Assembly: GCA_963786955.1 (NCBI GenBank)
Contig: CAWBAT010000006.1
Coordinates: 672,001 to 736,000 of the forward strand
Length of the DNA: 64,000 nucleotides
Origin: an uncultured Acidimicrobiia bacterium
GTDB lineage: Bacteria > Acidobacteriota > Terriglobia > Versatilivoradales > Versatilivoraceae
Direction of reading: 5' to 3'
The first letter of the stretch is position 1. Every line of letters starts with the position of its first letter. Below, one piece after another: positions 10,590 to 21,700 of this stretch. The position numbers and the translations under genes were made by a program. A model generated the notes under the pieces. That model saw only the letters and a program-made list of their open reading frames with translations, was not told the DNA's origin and searched no databases.

Positions 10590-11432
10590 CTATTGAGAGA
10601 GCTGGCTGGCTTTAGGATATTCTGCCAAAAACCGGCGCAGAATAGCCTGTTCCAGGCGTCCCTTTCGGCGAGAAGGAACAGGAATTCGAAGCAACAGGTT
10701 CACTTTCCCCGCTTCAGGAATTTGAAGGGTGACTCTAGGCTCAACCGTAGGGGAGTCCATGAGCTGACGCTTCTCCAGGTGTTTCATGTGGATGCGCGCT
10801 TCTTCCAGAAAGGGATCGCATTCAATGTGGGCGGCCGCGAGCAATAGTTTTTCAGCCAGCTGCCAATCCTCACCGACACTCAAAGGGATAAAGAAAACAT
10901 GCATGACATAGTCATGCGTATAAGTTTCGTTGATGACGGGATTGGTGAGCAGCAGACTGTTGGGCAAAACAATTGCCCGTCCCGTATACTGATGGCTGGC
11001 GTTTCCAGGGCCAATTTCAAGAAGAGTCGTGGTGAACAGATCCTGATCCACAACATCCCCCCTCTTGCCCGCGATCTCGATTCGGTCTCCAATGGAGTAA
11101 GACTTGGAGGCCGCGCGAACAATGGCCCCGCTCAGACAGAGAATCAGCTCTTTGGTGGCAATGACCAAGGCCACCGCCAAGGCGATGAAAGAAACGACTA
11201 ACGTTCGTAATTGTTCATTCCAAATCCAAAGCAGTGTAACAAAAAGAATGAAAATCGAGGCGTTCCGGATATTCACGATCCATCGTCGCCTAGCTTCCGG
11301 GAATTGATATTCCGCCTTGACCACCATTCGAACCAGTAAAGTTCGAACAACGATGACCGCGACGAGGATGATCAGCGAACTAATCAGTTTGTTGGGTGTT
11401 GATAAGTTTGAGGTAAACCATTCCCATCTCAT
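10590..11432 (-). CDS. Small-conductance mechanosensitive channel (MscS family)
   Basis: Three N-terminal TMs, YSIGDRIEIAGKRGDV, IVLPNS. Confidence 0.88.
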   Translation of the reverse strand: MRWEWFTSNLSTPNKLISSLIILVAVIVVRTLLVRMVVKAEYQFPEARRRWIVNIRNASIFILFVTLLWIWNEQLRTLVVSFIALAVALVIATKELILCLSGAIVRAASKSYSIGDRIEIAGKRGDVVDQDLFTTTLLEIGPGNASHQYTGRAIVLPNSLLLTNPVINETYTHDYVMHVFFIPLSVGEDWQLAEKLLLAAAHIECDPFLEEARIHMKHLEKRQLMDSPTVEPRVTLQIPEAGKVNLLLRIPVPSRRKGRLEQAILRRFLAEYPKASQLSQ

Positions 11433-11573
11433 GAATTATTGTGAATTCCTTCCGGTTTTTCTCTTAACTGAATGATTTCATCTGAATAATCAAAACTCAT
11501 GCTGGACGTTCATAGGGTGATCGCCCTTTTCGATTCCCCAGCGAACTTTCCCCCGTCTATTAATAATTCTCTT

Positions 11574-12035
11574 TTACGTCGCGATCAACAACCGAAAAAA
11601 CCCATAACAGGAAAAGCAAATGACTAAACCTAAACAGAGCCGATGGGTGACCCGACTCGATACGTTCAGGGGAAAGTCGTTAGGCCAGGATCCAGCCAAG
11701 CATCTCGTTCAGAAATGCAGCCAACAATAGGCACAAAACGATTGGGCTTAAGGGTGAAGACGCCAAGCCGATTCCCATTGTCCCTTGAGCAACAACGACA
11801 GGGCTCGCGTCATCCCGCACAGAGGACATGGCACACCCGTTAGCCAGCGGAATCCGCAGACAGAGAACGTCGCGTTCACGGGACAGGAGAAAATGCCAGC
11901 CCGCCCAGCAGCGTGCCTAAAAATATCAGTTTGATCCTGCTCTGCGAAGAAGATATCAGACGCATTCGATCGGTCAGAATTAAACGAACTCACAAGACGA
12001 TGTTTCTTTCTTGAGTGACTCAATTCCCGGGGCAA
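11574..12035 (-). CDS. DUF2752 family protein (frameshifted)
   Basis: CGFRWLTGVPCPLCGMTRA...AWRLHP motif; hydrophobic tail continues in another frame. Confidence 0.75.
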
Positions 12036-12099
12036 AACATTCGCTGAAGGCTGGCAAGGGGAACAACCTCCCTCAGCAAATGCTGGTTAATCTCTGGCT

Positions 12100-12816
12100 T
12101 CACTCACTCGATTCAAACCCTACCAAATCTTTATAGGCCGCAGTAAGCGACGCGAAGTAGAGCGGGAACGTGATGAGAATCCCCACGAGACACAGTAAGG
12201 CTCCAGAGAACGCCAACAAGCCTAGAACGAATATGAAGAGAGTAAAGCCGAAGTAATCCTTCTTCACCAATTCGTGGCTGGCTTGCATGGCAGGCCAGAA
12301 CTCCATCTTCTTATCGAAAATGAACAGATAGGTAAACTGGTACATCGCTGCTAGTACAAGGCCGGGAATGATACAAAACAGAGATCCCAGAAAAGTAAAA
12401 GCAGAGATGACGACCATGGCTAACAGGGCCGGCACGAAGAAGTTGAAACCTTTAAAGAGATCCGCTACATCTAATCGCCCTGAAGCTATTTTGCGCATGC
12501 AAGCAAAATGAAACCCGACCATGAGCGGCCCCTGCAGAATGAAGGGGACTGCCGAGTTGAGAATAAAGAAAACCAATGCCATCAGGACAAAGAGCCAAAA
12601 ATCGCCTGTCACCATCTCCCAACCCGTGTTAATCCAGCGCCCAATTTCCGCCTTTCCGCTTCCCTTCGGAACGTTGGGAGGCGGGGGAACCTGCGAAGAA
12701 AATTGACTGGCACTAGAATCCGGGCTGCTCTCTGGCCCGGTTTGCACGGAACGTCCACAGTTAGAACAGAACTTAACCTCGGGGTGTAAGTCAACACCAC
12801 AATAGGGACAATTCAT
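12100..12816 (-). CDS. Zinc-ribbon domain membrane protein
   Basis: CPYCG...FCSNCG N-terminus followed by TM helices (LFCIIPG, LLCLVG). Confidence 0.8.
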   Translation of the reverse strand: MNCPYCGVDLHPEVKFCSNCGRSVQTGPESSPDSSASQFSSQVPPPPNVPKGSGKAEIGRWINTGWEMVTGDFWLFVLMALVFFILNSAVPFILQGPLMVGFHFACMRKIASGRLDVADLFKGFNFFVPALLAMVVISAFTFLGSLFCIIPGLVLAAMYQFTYLFIFDKKMEFWPAMQASHELVKKDYFGFTLFIFVLGLLAFSGALLCLVGILITFPLYFASLTAAYKDLVGFESSE

Positions 12817-13142
12817 GTTGCCTCCACTTGGGGGAAAATCAGCCGTTTTCCGCCCTCACTGAATTGCGGTACGGGCTGTGACATGGCCGGAATGCTTGGA
12901 CCAAGAAGGATTATCAGCTTGCCTGCTGTTTGACGTCAAGCATACAGTTTCCCCAATCAGGATTCCCTGACATCGTGAAGACCCAAGCCTTTTGGGCTGC
13001 TCTGGTTTGCCTCTTGACTCCCGTTCAAAAGCTGTACCGGCGCTTCATCATGCAATCTCCCATTTTCTCCCTGCGTTCAAGGCACTATTGAATCTTTTGG
13101 TGCAGGAAACATTGGCTTTCCATATAATTGGGAAGATTGGAG

Positions 13143-13250
13143 CTAGTAACAATTTACACAAATTCGCGATAATTGTTGTAGCCGGGGACGTTGACCCGGC
13201 CGGCCCCAGCGGGGCCAGCTACAACATGGACTTCTGCAGATTACTACTAG
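13143..13250. mobile_element. MITE-like element with CTAG ends enclosing a GTAG-REP doublet
   Basis: CTAGTAACAATTTACAC...TGCAGATTACTACTAG imperfect terminal inverted repeats; inner TGTTGTAGCCGGGGACGTTGACCCGG / CGGCCCCAGCGGGGCCAGCTACAACA. Confidence 0.6.
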
Positions 13251-13296
13251 GCCGATCACACAGATTGATTTCCCTTCTGATACCTAGTATTGAGCT

Positions 13297-13878
13297 ATGA
13301 AATTTACGAAACTCATTCTCATTTTGTTTCTCTTTTCACCGGCTTTCTCTCTGAGGGCTGAGAAATCAGACTCTGAAGTTCAAGAACCCCCTGATCTTAA
13401 AATACTGGATTCTGGAATGATTTCTGTTGCCAAGGACCCATCAAGGCCAGGGGCTTCCCCTCCCTCACTTGAAGGCCCCATGCCCGAGCCGGGCCCGGGT
13501 GAGGATTGGGATAAGACAGGCAGCAACAGAAAGACCTCCGGACCGGACCACTATGAAATACACATGACGGTCAAGAATACCGGTACAAATACCGTCAAGT
13601 CCATTGATTGGCAGTATTCGTTCTTGGATTCCGAAGGAGAGAAGGAATTAAAGCGTTTCCGTATTCGGAGCAAAAAGAAAATCCCTCCAAACGGAATGGG
13701 CATCCTCACTAAAGCATTCATGCCTAACCTGACGTTTAGCGAGGATCCCAAGCCGGAATTTGCCAAAGGGAAGCAGAAGGTAGTCATTCTGCGAGTCATC
13801 TATGCGGATGACTCCACCTGGGAAACGGGAATAGGGACGAAGACTAAGCCGTTAAACTCGCCCAATCCATCCCGTTAG
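13297..13878 (+). CDS. Secreted hypothetical protein
   Basis: Signal peptide, beta-rich domain (VKNTGTNTVKSIDWQYSF...RVIYADDSTW). Confidence 0.7.
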   Translation: MKFTKLILILFLFSPAFSLRAEKSDSEVQEPPDLKILDSGMISVAKDPSRPGASPPSLEGPMPEPGPGEDWDKTGSNRKTSGPDHYEIHMTVKNTGTNTVKSIDWQYSFLDSEGEKELKRFRIRSKKKIPPNGMGILTKAFMPNLTFSEDPKPEFAKGKQKVVILRVIYADDSTWETGIGTKTKPLNSPNPSR

Positions 13879-13993
13879 AAAACATCCAAGCCTATCTCCT
13901 CCTCCTGTTTCCTATTGTCGGCGTAGCATCAGGTATAGATGGAAACGGCTGGCTGGCTGGATCGAGTCTTTGAGATTCGTGAATTGAGTCGGG

Positions 13994-15574
13994 ATGGATC
14001 CGATGAACGTGAATCAAACGAGCTTTGATGTGTGTGTCGTGGGCTCAGGAGCCTGCGGCGGCACTCTGTCTTCCAGACTGGCACGGGCCGGTCTTAATGT
14101 GATTGTGTTGGAAGGCGGACCTAAGATCGACACGAGCCGAGCCTTCAATACCCATGCCCTGCCGTACGAGTTCAAAAACCGTAAAATCCCCATCATGGCG
14201 CCCGGGGTGGAAGGTTTCAATGAAGACCGCACCTGTGGAGTAGGCGGTAAAACACTCTTTTGGAATGCCGTGGCCTGGCGTTTTAGTCAGCGGGATTTCA
14301 AAGGGCAGAGCTATGAAGGTGCTGGTTTTGACTGGCCGATCCAGTCTGCTGATCTTGCCCCCTATTACGATCAAATTGAAAGGAGATTGGGGTCTGCGGA
14401 AATGCGGATCACCTGGAGGATTTGCCCGACGGCAATTTTCTCCCTCCTTTACCTCTGCGCTGTTCGGATCGAATCATCGAACGCGGGGCCGCCCGTCTCG
14501 GAATTAAGGTAATTTCTGTGAGAAAAGCAATCCTCACTAGACCCCGGGACTTCCGGCCGGCTTGCCATTATTGCGGAAATTGCATGGCCGGATGTGATGT
14601 CGTCGCAAAATACGATTCGGCCAACGTGCAGATTTATCCAACAATCGCGACTGGAAAGTTGACCCTTTTATCGGACGCCGTAGTTCGCGAAATTACACTG
14701 GCAGACAAGAGACTTGTCAACGGGGTTCGTTACATTAATCGAATCTCCCGCCAAGAGGGGACTATCAAGGCCCATTGTGTCGTAGTTTCCTGTGCATGTG
14801 TCCAGAGCATCGGTCTTCTCCTCATGTCCCGGTCGCCCCATTATCCCAATGGGCTGGGGAATTCGAGCGGTCAGTTGGGCAAGAATTATATCCCTCACTT
14901 CACGGCGAGATTTGATGGTTTTTTTCGCGATCTGGTTGGAACTCCAAGCATCAATGAGGAAGGTGCTTTAGATCATGCCTATATCCCCTCGTATATGCAT
15001 ACCCGCAAACGAGATTATGCCCGAAGCTTCGGAATCCAATTCAATTATCAGAATCGGCGCTTCGTTCCCTGGGCCAGTCAAATGGATGGTTTTGGGAGTG
15101 AACTGAAGAAAAGCATCAAGAGTCACTATCCAGCCTATCTTCATTTTTCGGCATACGGCGAGATGCTCCCAAGTAGCGGGAGCTTCGTGGATCTTGATCC
15201 AGTTGAGAAAGATCACTTCGGTCTGCAAAAGGCCCGCGTGCACATCCAATATGGCGAAAATGAACAGAGAGCTTTTTGCGGCGATGCGCAGGGAAGGAAG
15301 AAGGATTTTGGAAGCCAGCAATGTCGAAATCTTGTACGACAGCCCGGAACCGTTAACCAATCACGAATTGGGAGGATGCAGGATGGGTCTTGATCCGAAA
15401 ACCTCAGTCGTCAATGCCTTTTGCCAGTCCCATGACATCCCCAATCTATTTGTCGTGGACGGCAGTGTCTTCCCTTCTGCCTCGGAGAAAAATCCCACTC
15501 TGACGATGATGGCTCTGGCCGCGCGGACTTCCGATTACATCGCCGAACAGGTTCACAAAGGCTCATTCGGATGA
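13994..15574 (+). CDS. GMC family oxidoreductase (frameshifted)
   Basis: [12 protein letters not shown] motif, [38 protein letters not shown] across ORFs 13994, 14422 and 15194. Confidence 0.92.
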
Positions 15575-15799
15575 GGGTTCTGTCTTTTGTTATTGACGAT
15601 CAGGATATGACTGTCTCGATACCTGGTCAGAAATGGAAATTGAGCCCATGAATCGATGGTCTTTGTACTATTCCGAATTCAACATCACGGCTGCAATCCC
15701 GATGACTCAACTGCAGATGAATTGTGATCATCTGGCCAGATACTCATCTAACCTATTAAGTTTTTCATTTCATCCAGATATTAAATAAGGAGATCAAGC

Positions 15800-16239
15800 A
15801 TGTCAGAACACGCTACTTATGATGACGTCAACCTTATTTTGCGACTTTACGATTTGCGTCGTGAAGAGAAGTTCAGGAAAGCCAGAGACTGGTTTAGCGT
15901 GGTCTTTCAAGGTCCGAACTGTGGACGAACTAAATGCTCTTTGTCCTCTAGGGTCTGACGAAGATGCCTACTACCGTATGGTGGTTTCGTATTGGGAAAT
16001 GGTCGCCTCCTTTATTACCAGCGAGGTTTTAAGTCACGAATTTGTTCTTTCAGAGCGGAAAGGAAATGCTCTTCGTATGGGAAAGAATCGCGGTTTGGTG
16101 CCCCAAGTCCGGAAGACAGCCGAAGGACCCAGCGTTGTTCCGAAATCTGGAAAAGGTTGCCAGCTTGTATATTCAATGGATGAAGAACAATGCTCCCGAT
16201 TCCTATTCTGCTTTTTCTGCGCGGGTCAAAGGGATATGA
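15800..16239 (+). CDS. Conserved hypothetical protein (DUF4760-like, frameshifted)
   Basis: AAGGAG RBS, MSEHATYDDVNLILRLYDLRREEKFRKAR...AYYRMVVSYWEMVASF. Confidence 0.65.
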
Positions 16240-16658
16240 AAAGTTTTCGCAAGGAATTGTGGTTCCACCTTACCTACTCGCCGCGGGTTTGTCAATATCA
16301 CACCTCAAGTTGTGGAGTGTGTCAAAGAGAGTAAGGTACTCGGGAAGGCCTGGTCCTCGTGAATGCGATGCACATTACAGCAGCCGTGTTCATTAACGAC
16401 GACGAATCAGGATTGCATCAGGATTACGAAATGTGGTTGGAACAGCTCGCCCCACATGAGCCTGTTTCGAGATACCGCCATAATGAAACAGGCGAAGACA
16501 ATGCCGATGCGCATCTCAAGCGACAAATCATGGGTCGGGAGGTCGTCGTCGCCATCACCGCCGGCCGCCTGGATTTTGGTCCTTGGGAGCAGATATTCTA
16601 CGGGGAGTTTGATGGCCGGCGCAGAAAACGAGTCCTGGTCAAAATTATTGGCGAGTAG
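16236..16658 (+). CDS. yjbQ: YjbQ/UPF0047 secondary thiamine-phosphate synthase family (frameshifted)
   Basis: [36 protein letters not shown]. Confidence 0.88.
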
Positions 16659-16915
16659 AAGCGCTGAGCTAGCTTTAGTTGTCGACGAACCAGATCTCCG
16701 GGATATCTCGATGCCTCAAGGACAAGACACGTTTCGTGGACGCACCTCGCTCTCTCCACTCTTTCTGCAAGACTTCCTTGCTTCGCCGCTAAATTGGGAC
16801 ACCGAACATCAATGGACGACTGGCAAGTCCCCCTCAAGGGGTAGCTAATCGCTGAAACCACTGCCTCTAATCGGCATTCGGCAATCGACAATTTCACTAC
16901 AGCCCCATCAATTGC

Positions 16916-18631
16916 TTAACATACTTGGGCGCAGGGTGAACCAAAGGAGAGCATTTTGTCATGAAACGCTTTCAGGTCCTGAATGGGTCCGTTCTTGTTT
17001 TCATACGCTTTCCGGATTTCATTGATGCCCACATTTCCCACAAAATAAGTGGAGAGTTGTGTCGATGAAAGGCAAGCCCGGCGCCACTTTCCGGCTGCTT
17101 CACCTTCTTCCTGGAAACCCTCGTTCATCATGAGATCCATGGCTGCTTTTTCGGTCATTCCTGCGGTGTGAATCTTCTGATCAATGATGGCATTGATGAT
17201 GAGCCGGAGTCTCATTTTCAGCTGCTCAGTCTTCATCTCGGGCCCGCCATAGCCTTTCTCAGCCATCAATTGCTCGGCATAAGTGGCCCAACCCTCGACA
17301 AAAGGCCCACTGCTAAAGACAGCTCGAATCAAAGTCGGCGCCCGAAATTTGTTCGAGTGAGCCAGCTGGAGATAATGACCGGGCATGGCTTCATGAACCG
17401 TAAGATTTTGAAGCATGTAGTCGTTGTATTCTCGGAAAAAAGATTGCACGCGTTCCTTCGACCAATCGGCTGGTGTGGGAGAAATGGAATAGAAGGTTTC
17501 GGCGTTCTTGTCCAAGGGGCCAGGAGGATCGCAATAGGCAACGGCAACGCCTCGTTGAAACTCCGGCATCACAATGATCTTTACCGGCTCATCCGGAACC
17601 GTGACGAGTTGGTTTTGGCGGACAAAATCCGTTGTGGTCTGTAGATCCTGCTTGGCCAGATCGACAATGGTTGAGTTATTGGGATGCGACTCGGCTAGTC
17701 TGTCGAGAACTGCCTTGATGACTTTCTTTCGATCCCCCTGAAGCTTCCCGGGTACTGCCTTTGGAAAATACTTGGTATACAGTGGCAGCGTTGTCTCGTA
17801 GAGAGCGTCTTGAGCCGTACCCAGTTCTTGCTGGGCTTGCTTCATCAGCTCTTCCAAGGTCTGATCGGATTCCAGCGTAAACCGGAGCTTCTTTCGAAAT
17901 TTGTCTTCACCCAGCCGAAAATCTCCATTGGACCGTGGCAGTAAATCCTTCTCCAGCCAATTGCCATAGGCTTCCAGTGCGCTGAGGGTCTCCTTCTGAA
18001 CCGGATCGAAACCGGGCTTCAATTCGGGCACCTGATCGAGAAGGCTGTTTAATTCATCTCGAATCAGACTGATATTCCCTTTGTTCTGCAGTATCGATGT
18101 TTCGGTATAGATACGAGGAGGATTCTTGAGATTGGTCTTTGCGGCTTCCAGCACAGCAGGAATTTGCTTTAAACGTGCGATCACGGACTGAAGACGCTCT
18201 TTGAGCGGTGCAAATTCTCGTGACGTCAGACTATAGATCGCATTGCCGATATTGTAATATTGAGTATTCCATTCATACTCTCGTAAAGTCTCGAGTTGAA
18301 AAATCATGGACTCGATATTGTTGTTCAGGATTTTGAAATCAATTTGGTTTGTCGAGCTCAAGCGGGCGGGCTCGATCTTCTGGATGGACTGTTGGGCCTC
18401 GCGTTGAGCCTTGAGTTCTTGTTGCATCCCGGCTTGTGTATAATTGTTCATCCGGTCGTCAAATCGATGGTCCCCCAGCTCGTGGCCGATTTCGGGATTT
18501 CTTTCCAACAATTGTTCAATATACCCTTTGGCAAAACTTTCGAATTTCTGGTCCTCTGATTCTGGCATGCCACATCGCATCGTCATAAGAATCGCAAAAC
18601 AGATTAATGCATAAACGCCTGTGGCTTTCAT
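16916..18631 (-). CDS. DUF885 family lipoprotein (metallopeptidase-like)
   Basis: HEAMPGHYLQ, FVEGWATYAE, FHDKMLSFGS. Confidence 0.9.
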   Translation of the reverse strand: MKATGVYALICFAILMTMRCGMPESEDQKFESFAKGYIEQLLERNPEIGHELGDHRFDDRMNNYTQAGMQQELKAQREAQQSIQKIEPARLSSTNQIDFKILNNNIESMIFQLETLREYEWNTQYYNIGNAIYSLTSREFAPLKERLQSVIARLKQIPAVLEAAKTNLKNPPRIYTETSILQNKGNISLIRDELNSLLDQVPELKPGFDPVQKETLSALEAYGNWLEKDLLPRSNGDFRLGEDKFRKKLRFTLESDQTLEELMKQAQQELGTAQDALYETTLPLYTKYFPKAVPGKLQGDRKKVIKAVLDRLAESHPNNSTIVDLAKQDLQTTTDFVRQNQLVTVPDEPVKIIVMPEFQRGVAVAYCDPPGPLDKNAETFYSISPTPADWSKERVQSFFREYNDYMLQNLTVHEAMPGHYLQLAHSNKFRAPTLIRAVFSSGPFVEGWATYAEQLMAEKGYGGPEMKTEQLKMRLRLIINAIIDQKIHTAGMTEKAAMDLMMNEGFQEEGEAAGKWRRACLSSTQLSTYFVGNVGINEIRKAYENKNGPIQDLKAFHDKMLSFGSPCAQVC

Positions 18632-18828
18632 AAGCCTCCTTTACAATGAATCGATCAATTGAAGGACCAACCTCAAGCTGACATTTCCCCCACTCGGCTT
18701 CTTCGATTTTCCGGCGCGGAAGCCACCTATGTAAAGCTCCCGTCGCATAAAGCAGCCGTCAAGAGGGTGATATTCAGGTGGGCTCTCAGTCCTATGGGTC
18801 AGTAGACATGTTGCCACAATATAGAGTT

Positions 18829-19875
18829 TCACCTGCTTTCGAACATATAGTGTGATACGAGCCACTCCTGGCCTTGGCGGCACTCCCACAATTCGGCACA
18901 GGCTATAAAAAAGACTTTCCAGTAAGCATACCATTTGACCGTCCCGTTAGAACCGTAGACATCTTGGAACAACGAAACAATTTGTATTTTATTCCGCTTC
19001 AAGTTGGCGAGCCAGGCTTCCGCCGTCCTGGCATAATGAAGCCCGTTGACTCTCCAATGTTCACGCAGTACGAAATCCTCTTGGAAATAGAGGAAAAGAT
19101 CGTCGGAAGGCATCATTCCGCCTGTAAAGAAATTCCGGGACATCCAGTCACCAGGGCCTTTATTTTCGAAAAAATAGGCGTACTCTCGATGAGAGAAGAT
19201 GTGCACAAACAAAAGACCCTTTGGCGACAACCAGCTGGCAATACGAGAAAGCAGCAGATCCCAGTTTCGCACATGCTCAAACATTTCCACAGACAAGACC
19301 CGATCGAAACGTCCCTCGGGTTGAAATCCATTGATGTCAGCAGTCATAATGCGCAAGTTTTTCAAACCCCGTTTGGCAATTTCTGAATCAATATGTTCCT
19401 TTTGGGTTCTTGAATTCGAGATGGCAAGAATTTGACAATCTGGGAAATGCTCACTGATCCACAAAGATAATGAGCCCCAACCGCAGCCGAGCTCGAGGAT
19501 ACGAAGTCCGTTTTCTACTTTTCCGCGCTGACAAGTGAGCCGAAGCATGGCTTCTTCTGCCTCGTCGAGACGATCGGTTCCTGGCATCCAAAGACCGCTG
19601 CTGTATTTCAGGTTCCGACCCAGAACAAGTTGAAAAAATCGCGTCGGCACTTCGTAATGCTGTTCGTTGGCTTCATGAGTACGGAGAGCGATAGGACTTT
19701 GTCTTAGTTTTCGGACAAAATCCATCTTGTGAACGTTCTGGGCTTCAATATTACCCTTGTTCTCCTGATTCAATCGCCGCGAGAGTAAGCGTCGAACCCC
19801 CATTCGAATCAGCCATTCCGGAAATCGATTGGTTTCGAGGAGTTGATCGATAAATGAAGGTGTGTCTTTGACCAT
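18829..19875 (-). CDS. CFA-synthase-like SAM-dependent methyltransferase
   Basis: [31 protein letters not shown]. Confidence 0.9.
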   Translation of the reverse strand: MVKDTPSFIDQLLETNRFPEWLIRMGVRRLLSRRLNQENKGNIEAQNVHKMDFVRKLRQSPIALRTHEANEQHYEVPTRFFQLVLGRNLKYSSGLWMPGTDRLDEAEEAMLRLTCQRGKVENGLRILELGCGWGSLSLWISEHFPDCQILAISNSRTQKEHIDSEIAKRGLKNLRIMTADINGFQPEGRFDRVLSVEMFEHVRNWDLLLSRIASWLSPKGLLFVHIFSHREYAYFFENKGPGDWMSRNFFTGGMMPSDDLFLYFQEDFVLREHWRVNGLHYARTAEAWLANLKRNKIQIVSLFQDVYGSNGTVKWYAYWKVFFIACAELWECRQGQEWLVSHYMFESR

Positions 19876-20046
19876 AGCCTATTCCTGGGCACGAAAGCCG
19901 GGTTCTTCTTGCGGAGAACACCTGGGTAAATCCCAATCCTTTGTTGAGCGGATCCTTTCCCTTTCTCCTTTAATTCGAGGTAATAGCTCGAGATCCCCGA
20001 AGGCCACGAGGGAGGATCCAGCCGGTTTTTTACCTACAAGAAGACT

Positions 20047-20841
20047 TTACTCGCAAGACCCTCTTCGAAACCAGGGGAAAAAAGCATTGGTAGTGCGTTG
20101 GTATTCTCTGTAGGAGTTACCCTTCGTTCGAATGGCTTGCTCCTCGGTCATGGGAATGCCGGTTACGTTGAGTAAGAAGTAAAGCATGGCCAATGGACAA
20201 TAAATTGTGAACGCACCAAAGGGGGAACTCAGTGCAAAAACAAAAAAACTGACCCAGACCAGCCACTCAAAGAAATAATTGGGATGGCGCGAATAGCGCC
20301 AAAGCCCCTCCTGGCAGACCTGGTCTTTATTTTGAGGTCTTCTCTTGAACTGATCAAGTTGCCGATCAGCGATCGCTTCACCGATCAGGGCTATCAGCCA
20401 GAGAGCTACGCCCACGAACTCAATGATGGAGATCTTGGGATCCAGATTTTGACAGGCCAATAAAAAGGGGAGAGAAAGGAATGTGTTCAACAGTCCTTGA
20501 GCCTGGAAGAACCAGAAAAAGTTACTTTTAAGTTTCAAAGCCCATTCTGCACGCAGTTTCGAATAACGCCCTTCTTCGATGGGGTGGAGCCTGGAGATAC
20601 GGCGGTAAAGGTGAAACGCCAACCGCAGGCTCCAGAAAACGACCATCCCGGCCATGATGGCCCGGCGCATGAGGTAACCCTTACCGAAAAGCGCGTAAAC
20701 GAGCGCCAGTACTGAAAATAGAGCTGACCATGCGATGTCAACAATGCTGTTGTTCCTCATTCTATATGCCAGAACCCAGACGAGGATCATTGCCGAGAGG
20801 TCTAATAACAACGCAATCCCAAACAAGGTTCCGGTTGACAT
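20047..20841 (-). CDS. DUF1295 family (steroid 5-alpha-reductase-like) membrane protein
   Basis: EAIADRQL, GLWRYSRHPNYFFEW, YREYQRTT. Confidence 0.9.
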   Translation of the reverse strand: MSTGTLFGIALLLDLSAMILVWVLAYRMRNNSIVDIAWSALFSVLALVYALFGKGYLMRRAIMAGMVVFWSLRLAFHLYRRISRLHPIEEGRYSKLRAEWALKLKSNFFWFFQAQGLLNTFLSLPFLLACQNLDPKISIIEFVGVALWLIALIGEAIADRQLDQFKRRPQNKDQVCQEGLWRYSRHPNYFFEWLVWVSFFVFALSSPFGAFTIYCPLAMLYFLLNVTGIPMTEEQAIRTKGNSYREYQRTTNAFFPWFRRGSCE

Positions 20842-20873
20842 GAGGCTCAGTATGAAGATTTAGGCCGATCCAA

Positions 20874-21362
20874 TCATGGTGGGGAAATCAATTGCCTCCT
20901 GGAGAGGACGCTTAGTAGGGGGATCATCATTCTGTAAACCGGCCAGGCAACGAAGGGCGCTACGACGATCCAACCCATGATTCCATGAAAACCTGCAACC
21001 CCAAACTGCCTGAAGAACCCCCAGGGATCATGCTGAAATCGTTCCAGGAGCACTGGTACCGAAAAAGCAAGTGGCTCAGCGGCAAACATCCTTTCCCCCA
21101 AGCGCACAAAAAACAAGATCAGAGAGATCTGCAGAGGGTAAACCAAATAGTTTACGAGCTGAATGGCCGGCTGATTCAATCTGAGCAAGAACCCGGCAAT
21201 CAAACAGAGCAGCGTGGTGGCACCCATGATGGGAAATATCCCCAGCACAAACCCGATGGCAATGCTCTGGGCTAGCTCTTTGACATTAATTCCTTGCCGC
21301 AGCTGCTGCGCGAGCGGGACTAAAACGCGGCGACTCCAGAAAGTTTGGGAAACGGTATTCAT
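20874..21362 (-). CDS. DUF2062 family membrane protein
   Basis: LAQSIAIGFVLGIFP...LRLNQP. Confidence 0.8.
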   Translation of the reverse strand: MNTVSQTFWSRRVLVPLAQQLRQGINVKELAQSIAIGFVLGIFPIMGATTLLCLIAGFLLRLNQPAIQLVNYLVYPLQISLILFFVRLGERMFAAEPLAFSVPVLLERFQHDPWGFFRQFGVAGFHGIMGWIVVAPFVAWPVYRMMIPLLSVLSRRQLISPP

Positions 21363-21700
21363 GAGAGCGGATGACTCCTCCGCATAAGCAAACTCTCAAA
21401 GGAGGAGTGGGGGGGAAGGCGGAAAAGTTCAACTAGCACATAGAAAGACATGGCAATATTCCCCAGAACCATAATCAGGAAAAACCAGAGGATCCGCGAG
21501 AACAAGCGATCCTCCTTGTAAGCCACCCAGATGTAAAAGGTCAAAAATCCAAAGTAGGCGTCCCAAAGCGTCGCAACAGTCCAGGGATGATTGAGCATTC
21601 CCGGAAGAACCGAAAACAAATTACTTTGCAGACTGGTACGAATCGTTAACACCAGCATAAAAATAAAAATCCCAGCGAAAAGTATTTTAAGGCGCATCAT
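21359..21700 (-). CDS. DUF1475 family membrane protein
   Basis: PWTVATLWDAYFGFLTFYIWVAYKE...LGNIA; ATGA overlap with cfa stop. Confidence 0.8.
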   Translation of the reverse strand: MMRLKILFAGIFIFMLVLTIRTSLQSNLFSVLPGMLNHPWTVATLWDAYFGFLTFYIWVAYKEDRLFSRILWFFLIMVLGNIAMSFYVLVELFRLPPHSSFESLLMRRSHPLS

